A DNA stretch of 37,602 nucleotides from Octopus bimaculoides (Eukaryota), in the NCBI RefSeq assembly GCF_001194135.2, contig NC_068994.1, positions 14,318,093-14,355,694 of the forward strand, in the 5' to 3' direction. This document shows, one piece after another, positions 30,110 to 37,602 of this stretch. Within the stretch, counting starts at the first letter, position 1. Every line of letters starts with the position of its first letter. Below the pieces are notes generated by a model. The model searched no databases and was not told the origin of the DNA. It worked only from the letters and a program-made list of their open reading frames with translations. The translations under genes were made by a program, and so were the position numbers.

Positions 30110-30490
30110 AAGGGTATTTCGTCAGTTTTTACGTTCTGAGTTCAAATTCTGCTGAGGTCGACTTTGCCTTTCATCCTTTCGGAGTCGATAAATTAAGTAC
30201 CAGCTGCATACTGGGTCGATCTAATCGACTGGCCCTCACCCCTTGTGCCTAGAGTAGAAAAGAATATTTCACACTCTTAAGGCTAGCAGAATCGTTACCA
30301 TGCTGAGCAAAATGCTTAGCTGTATTTTATCTGTTTTTACGTTCTGAGTTCAAATTCTGCCATGGTCGACTTTGCCTTTTATCCTTTCGCCGGTCGATAA
30401 AATAACTACTAGTTGAACACTGGGGTCGATGTATTCGACTTATCCCCACCCTTCAAATTTACTAGCCTTGTGCCAAAATTTGAAATTAAT
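30110..30490 (+). mobile_element. Two tandem SINE family C copies
   Basis: tttacgttctgagttcaaattctgc...gtcgactttgcctt occurs twice. Confidence 0.8.
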
Positions 30491-30869
30491 AGTTCACACA
30501 TTCAAATTCTCTTAGAATAACCTTTTTAATTTGATCAGCGCAACGATTAATTAATTCATTTCGAGTATCAGGTGATAAATAACGCGCTTGCATTGCCTTA
30601 TTTTTAAATTTTCGAAACCTTAACGTTGTTCGAATGGTTAATCTTAGTGTTATAGTGATAATTAATCAGTTCAAAAATTCCCCAAATATTTCCATTCTGT
30701 ATTTAGCCAACAATGTCGATTTTATCCTTAAAAAGAAGTACTTGCTCTCCAAGGAAGAGTATAACATCCGTTCCACGTTGAAAAATAATTTTCTTTTGGA
30801 GCTTTGTCTGGCCTGGATCGTAGATCTGTCATGAGCGTCACGACTTATAAGGTCAACGTTTAACACATT

Positions 30870-31118
30870 TTCTTTGCCGACAAAAGACTAAGAATACAAC
30901 ACGCCTCGCCCACCACCACTGAAAGGGACGTCGGTCCAGCGTAGGATTGACTTCCCAGCTATGTATTGCTTCCCAGTTACTCATTTGCAGCTGAGTGGAC
31001 TGGATCAACGTGAAAGGAAATGTTTTGCTCAAGAACACAACGCACCGCCTGATTCAGAAAACGAAACCACGATTGTAAGATCGTGATGTAACACCCTAAC
31101 CACAAGGCACACGCCTTA
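30870..31118 (-). mobile_element. tRNA-headed SINE (distinct family)
   Basis: Minus strand reads aaggcgtgtgccttgtggttagggtg...cttgagcaaaacatttcctttcacgttgatccagtccactcagctgcaaatgagta, a SINE head plus central domain pattern. Confidence 0.6.
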
Positions 31119-32669
31119 ATGAACGGCTAAGTTGTGATGCGTAAATAAATTAACACTGGTTGTTAAGCGGTGCAGAGTGATGTAGACACAGACAAACACA
31201 CACACACACAAGGGGCTTTCACGCAGTTTCCTTTCATTAGATTGTCTCACATAGCATTGATCGACCCGGGGCTTATAATAGAAGGCACTTGCCCAATGTG
31301 CTGCGCAGTAAGACTGAACCCAACACCAGGTGATTGCAAGTTAACTTCTTAATCATACACCCATACCAACACCTATGTTTCATTTAAAAAACAAAAAACA
31401 AAAAACGGAAATGTATGTCCAAATTTTTCCTTCAGTAATTGTTTCAGAAATGTATTGAAGGTTCATTGACCTCAGCGGAGGTCGGTACCTCTATTTCTAA
31501 TAAAATCGTTATCAAATAATGTTATATGATCTGATGTCATAAGTTCGGTTGATTTATTTGTCAAATAAGTTGTCTCTTCATTAATCTTGATTGAATGATG
31601 TCTTCTGATAACATGAATAAACAATAATTAGTAATTTGTACGCCATTCATCATCATCAACATTATTATTATTACTATTCGGCGATCTGGTAGAATCGTTT
31701 GCACGCCGGGCAAAATGCTTAACGGAATTTCGTCTGTCCTTACGTTCTTAGTTCAAATTCCGCCGAGGTCGACTTTGCCTTTCAATCTGCCAGGATCGAT
31801 AAACTAAATACCAACGAAACACTGGGGTCAATGTAACCGAGTAGTCCCCTCCCCAAAATTTCAGGCATTGCGCCTATAGTAGAAAGGATTATTATCATTG
31901 TTGTTGTTGTTATTTGTGATGGGAAAGAGAGGACTCTTGTTCGTAGCTCGTAAGTTTTCTTTGAAATCCGTTGTTTTATTAGTTGATATTTGAATTTTTG
32001 TTGAACTGTTTTCTAAATAAGCTAGCTCGCTTTGCTTACAGCGAGCTGGTTCGGCGAAATTTCGGTTTCTAAGGATGAATTTTGAGATTTAAAAATTAAC
32101 ATTTAATATTTCAAATAAAAAAAGAACAATATGGATTCTCAAGTCGAGTGAAGTGATGGCAGTTGGAACAGCCATTATTACATTATTTTCCCACCACTAA
32201 CTGTTATAGTCGAGAGGCAAATCACTGGCAGCAACAACAACAGCAGCAGAACATTGCAGGATAAAATTTAAAATGGTAGAAGCTCGACTTCCACTACCGC
32301 CCCTAACACCACCATCACGATCATCACCAGCACTATCGCCGCCGCCATCAGCACAAACAACGAGAACAGTAACCGTTCTTATTTCTAAACAAAATGGGAA
32401 TGGTTTCGCATAAGCATTACGTAGAATGAAGAAAGGTGACTGCAGCTTCCCTGAAATTGCTGGCATTGTGTCAAAATTTTAAACCTTAAAGGCGGTGAGC
32501 TGGCAGAACGGTTATTGAGTCGGAGAAAATGTTTAGCAGCATTTCCTCCGGTTTTTACGTTCTGAGTTCAAATCCTCCTGTGGTCGATTTAGCCTTTCAC
32601 CTTTTCGGAGTCGATAAAATAAGAACCAGTTGTGCACTGAAGTCGAACCTACCCCCCTTTCTTTCTCTT

Positions 32670-32712
32670 TCACTCACTCACTTTTTCTATCTCTCTCTAT
32701 CTTTCTATCTTC

Positions 32713-32744
<32 letters not shown>

Positions 32745-32890
32745 CTCCACTGTCTCTTCATTCCTCAATCATGTAACTAGTATTAAACAATCGAATTTAG
32801 ACTTTGTTCTCCTGAACACATATTTGCGTGTGTGCATGTGTGTGTGTGTGTGCATGCGCGCGCGCGTGTGTGCCTGCGTGTATGTATATA
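32670..32890. repeat. (CT)n and (GT)n/(GC)n microsatellite cluster
   Basis: Read directly. Many other AT, GT, ATGT and AAT tracts occur across the window. Confidence 0.9.
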
Positions 32891-33179
32891 TATAGGAGAA
32901 TATTGTAGTACGCTTGATGCATTGTGTATTGTTTGTAGACAATAATAATAAATAGTAATAATGTATTTTGAATGGCACAACAATGGACTATAATAACTGG
33001 TATAATTCAATCATCCATAGTCTGATATAATATTTCGGAATATAAAAATTCCTTTATCAGATATCCCTAGGGATTGATCGAATCACTGCTACAATCGATT
33101 TTCCAACGGCTTTCTTCTTCTTCCTTCTTCTGTCTTCTTTTTTCCCTTTTATTTTTCCTTTTTTTTTTCTTTCCCCGGA

Positions 33180-33452
33180 AGTAGAATACAATGTAGCAAA
33201 TACAACAAGTTTTATGTGGGTAGCACAACAAGACCGTTACACATTCGCATCAAAGAACATCTGAACACGAGAGCCTCCTCCTTCAGAAAACATCTAGACA
33301 GATGCCAGAACACCGACAAAAGCATAACAGTCGCAATTGAGGCCAATGAAAGAAATTTGGGTAATTTAAGAATTAAAGAAGCTATACTCATACACAGACT
33401 AGGGCCCCAAATCAACAACAGGTTGGAGCTTGGCAGTCAATATATTCTCTAG
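33180..33452 (+). mobile_element. Penelope-like GIY-YIG endonuclease C-terminus
   Basis: IQCSKYNKFYVGSTTRPLHIRIKEH...LRIKEAILIHRLGPQINNRLE. Confidence 0.85.
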
Positions 33453-34631
33453 CTACATCTGGATGCGTGTAGGGTTTTTTATGACATGGTCATGTATGAT
33501 TTATAAAAAAAAAAGGGATGAGAAAAAAAAGAAAGAAGAAGTAAACAAAAAAAAAGCGTTACGGATANNNNNNNNNNNNNNNNNNNNNNNNNNNNNNNNN
33601 NNNNNNNNNNNNNNNNNNNNNNNNNNNNNNNNNNNNNNNNNNNNNNNNNNNNNNNNNNNNNNNNNNNNNNNNNNNNNNNNNNNNNNNNNNNNNNNNNNNN
33701 NNNNNNNNNNNNNNNNNNNNNNNNNNNNNNNNNNNNNNNNNNNNNNNNNNNNNNNNNNNNNNNNNNNNNNNNNNNNNNNNNNNNNNNNNNNNNNNNNNNN
33801 NNNNNNNNNNNNNNNNNNNNNNNNNNNNNNNNNNNNNNNNNNNNNNNNNNNNNNNNNNNNNNNNNNNNNNNNNNNNNNNNNNNNNNNNNNNNNNNNNNNN
33901 NNNNNNNNNNNNNNNNNNNNNNNNNNNNNNNNNNNNNNNNNNNNATTTTTATATTCCGAAATATTATATAAGACTATGGATGATTAAATTATATCAGTTG
34001 TTATAGTCCATTGTTGTGCCATTCAAAACACCTTATTAATATATATGTGTATGTATGTATGTATGTATGTATGTATGCATGTATGTATATATGTATGTAT
34101 GTATGTGTGTAATAGGAATGTACCGATATGTCTATACATGCGTACATATATATATGTGTGTGTGTGTGTATGTTTGAGAGAGAGAGAAAGGGAGAAAAAA
34201 TGTCACAGATAATGAATCAATGAATAATTAAAAATTGTAGACTTTGATCAAACAGATGTCTGTAGTACAATTAAGCACGTTATTGAACATAATAAAGAGA
34301 ATAGTTATGAATCATCTTTCGGAACAATAAACTTGGCAGACGATAAAATGACGGCCTCGTTTCTAGGTCGGTATAAGTGTTATCACATAAAAAAAAATCT
34401 TTCTTTCCTTTTCCCTTTCTTTTTTTCTTTCTTTCTTTCTTTCTTTCTTCCCACCTGTCTTTCTAATTTCTTTTTTTCATCCTTCTTCTCCATAATATAT
34501 GACAGCAATTCATATAACATGTATTATTATACAATAAACTGCATAATATCATATAATGAATATGTATATATGTGCATGTGTGTGTTTGTGTGTGTGTGTA
34601 TGATGTGTATAGATCGATAATAAGAAAAAGA

Positions 34632-34886
34632 TACATTATTTACATCTGACGGATATTTGTCCTCATCTTGTTTGTTCTTAAAACAATGTTTCGGCTGATA
34701 TACCCTCCAGCCTTCATCAGGTGTCTTGTAGGAAATTTCGAACCTGGGTTCTCATTCCTAAGGTATTTTTCGATGTTGTTGTTGTTATTATTATTATTAT
34801 TATTATTCAAGTCATTGCTTGGAATCCAACTCGGAATCTTGGGGTTAGTAGCCCGCGCTCTTAACCACTACGTCATATGCCCGTGG
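34632..34886 (-). mobile_element. SINE family D (hammerhead-bearing), minus copy
   Basis: Reverse complement matches 22481-22722 and 35012-35282. Hammerhead motif at 34680-34725. Confidence 0.85.
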
Positions 34887-35011
34887 GTCCTTCAGAGCTT
34901 TCTAGGTGTCGGCTACTTACATTAATTACTGCTTTCACGGGTGGGTGACGGACTTCAGTCTTCATTCTCTGACCTTTGAGTTTCATAAACTTCTTAATCT
35001 GGCGTGTCTGT

Positions 35012-35282
35012 CTACGGGCATATGGCGTAGTGGTTAAGAGCGCGGGCTACTAAGCCCAAGATTCCGATTTCGATCCTAGGCAGTAACCTGAATAATAATA
35101 ATAATAATAACATCGAAAAATACCTTAGGAATGAGAACCCAGGTTCGAAATTTCCCCAAGACACCTGATGAAGACTAGAGGGTATATCAGCCGAAACGTT
35201 GTGTTAACAACAAACAAGATGAGGACAAATATCCGTCAAATGTAAATAATGTACAAAATTCCTCATCTCTTAAATATAGAAC
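35012..35282 (+). mobile_element. SINE family D (hammerhead-bearing), plus copy
   Basis: tggcgtagtggttaagagcgcggg head, (AAT)n, hammerhead motif at 35160-35205. Confidence 0.85.
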
Positions 35283-36517
35283 GGGAAGAAAAAAGATGAC
35301 ACACTTTTTTATATACATCAACGACTTTCTCGCTGATAATGCATTCCCTGTATATTGCAGAAATGTAAGTCCTTTTTTTGTCCAAATAAATTGCACTTTG
35401 TATTCGAGGCTCCGATGAAACTACACGGTGTTATTCAGGCACCCAACTATGAGTCCACTGCATCGTATAGCAGAAACAGTGATAAGTTAATGAAGTTCAT
35501 GGCACAACCATTGTCATCTCTTTTTCTTGTGCGTGCGCGTGCATGTGTGTATGTGTGTGCGCGCAGGTGTGTTTGTTCTCCGCCATCGCTTGACAACCGG
35601 AGTTGGTTTGTTTGCGTCATCGTAACTTAGCAGTTCGGTAAAAAGCACCAATAGAATAAGTACCAGGCTAAAAGTAAAGTATGGAGTCGACTAAAAATTA
35701 TCTAGTCGGTGCCCCAACATGGCTGCAGTCTAATGACTGAAACAAGTAAAATATGTGTGTATATCTGTGTGTGTACGTACATGTGTATGTATGTACTTGA
35801 GTAAACAGAAGGCAAAAATATTAGTGAAATTTCAATATTTCAGATATTCATTGCCTACAGCTGTTTCAGTGATCCTTACATAATACCATAATTATGTCAA
35901 AATATAACAAAATATTCATACAAGGCGTAAAAAGCAATATTCGAGGCACTTCTGAAAATGAAGAGTATCATCAGGCGTATAAGACGCGTTTGTTTCTGCT
36001 TTTAAATATATCGAAAAATTGTCCCACATCTAATGCAGCTGTAATAAGGATAAAAGACCAAACGCCATAAACTAAGGAACCGAATGAGTGTAAATCTGTT
36101 AGGAACAATAATGATATGTAAGAAAATTATTATTTTCTTGGGGTACTATCTGTGATTGTTTACAAACAATATTGTTATGTTGTATAAAAATAAAATTTAA
36201 GATTATCAAAATTGATATCATAACCAAAATAGGTAAAAATGTGTGTAAATATCAATTAGCAACATTTAAAAAGGAAAGATTACATAGAATCAGTTTAATA
36301 TTCATTCATGTACTTAATTACTTATTAGATGGTTTCTATAAAGACTGCTTAGGGCATTTATTTATGGAATACTCGAAAGATAAACATGCTATATATATAT
36401 TAGTTATAAACCAAGAATCAGATAAAATAAAGGTGTGTACAGATACGCACACATATTTATATATGTGCGCACATGCACACATACACATACACAAATATTT
36501 ATACGTTTATATGGATA

Positions 36518-37380
36518 TATTGGGTTGGCAAATAAGTTCCCGCCGTTCTTTTTAATTTAAATTGTTTTAAAAGGTTTAATAAATAAAAAAATAATTAATC
36601 AATAATGTATTCACCTTTGTTGTTTACAACTTCTTCCCAACGTTCAACAAGATTTTCAATACCTCGTTGGTAGAATTCACCCGATTTCGACTCGAAAAAT
36701 TGATCCAACCAAGCTCTCAGTTCTGCATCAGTATTGAACGAAACTCCGCGCATAGCATTTGAAAGAGATCGAAACAGGTGGAAATCNNNNNNNNNNNNNN
36801 NNNNNNNNNNNNNNNNNNNNNNNNNNNNNNNNNNNNNNNNNNNNNNNNNNNNNNNNNNNNNNNNNNNNNNNNNNNNNNNNNNNNNNNNNNNNNNNNNNNN
36901 NNNNNNNNNNNNNNNNNNNNNNNNNNNNNNNNNNNNNNNNNNNNNNNNNNNNNNNNNNNNNNNNNNNNNNNNNNNNNNNNNNNNNNNNNNNNNNNNNNNN
37001 NNNNNNNNNNNNNNNNNNNNNNNNNNNNNNNNNNNNNNNNNNNNNNNNNNNNNNNNNNNNNNNNNNNNNNAACTCCATGCTGATGATTAGGTCTTTTCTC
37101 TTGAATAGCATGTTGAGTCGTTCCATCTGTTGAACATAGAGTTCCGCGTTGACTGTTTGGTTCCATTCAAGCAATTTGTAATGGATAATCCCTTCCCAGT
37201 CCCACCATACGCACAACATCATTTTACGCGAATGAAGATCTTGTTACACGCGCGGTGTCGCTTGTTTACCGAGGCTAAGCCATTCCTTACGCTGCTTCAT
37301 ACTGATGCACAGGCACCATTTTTCGTCGCCAGTAACGATTCGGTAAAGAAATCGTTGCTTGTGTCTATGAGTTGACGATT
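36518..37380 (-). mobile_element. mariner (DD34D-type) transposon remnant, inactivated transposase
   Basis: RFLYRIVTGDEKWCLCISMKQRKEW...RV*QDLHSRKMMLCVWWDWEGIIHY and LDQFFESKSGEFYQRGIENLVERWEEVVNNKGEY. A TIR-like TATTGGGTTGGCAAATAAGTTCC is preceded by TA. In-frame stop present and the 5' TIR was not found. Confidence 0.9.
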
Positions 37381-37602
37381 AGCTGTATTTTTGAATAGAA
37401 TTTATTTTCGATAATTTTAATTGATTTTAATCGATTTAAATTTCTTTTCTATCTGAAAATTAGTTATGAAACACGTGTAGTCATTTTATTATCTTTATCT
37501 TATGATAATTACTTTGTATTATATTATACTCATTTATTGTGCTTTTAATTATTAATTTTTCTATATGTGACAGTGGATTTTCATCGATGAGTTCATGAAC
37601 CT

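Noticed and set aside
32197-32466. 89-aa minus ORF with Gly/Asp-rich stretch
   Set aside because: Explained by degenerate trinucleotide repeats, with no family motif.

Overview
AT-rich, gapped eukaryotic sequence. The repeat families and microsatellite load suggest an octopus genome (inference). I found two genes in head-to-head arrangement, with start codons separated by 248 bp. The first is an intronless 495-aa ALDH3-family aldehyde dehydrogenase (6896-8383, minus). The second is a multi-exon DUSP11/PIR-1/BVP-type RNA 5'-triphosphatase that I assembled by hand from GT-AG exons (8632-23293, plus). It is absent from the ORF track apart from its last exon, and one exon probably lies in an assembly gap. 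Its last exon encodes a QGPYQ/QGRSQ repeat tail, and the frame stays open for 51 similar codons beyond the TAA stop. The rest is SINEs, RTE-type LINE fragments, several Penelope-like (GIY-YIG) fragments, a mariner remnant, a tRNA-Lys pseudogene and microsatellites. The most notable non-coding signals are several minimal type I hammerhead ribozyme motifs, including one carried by a tRNA-headed SINE, and three long fold-back hairpins.
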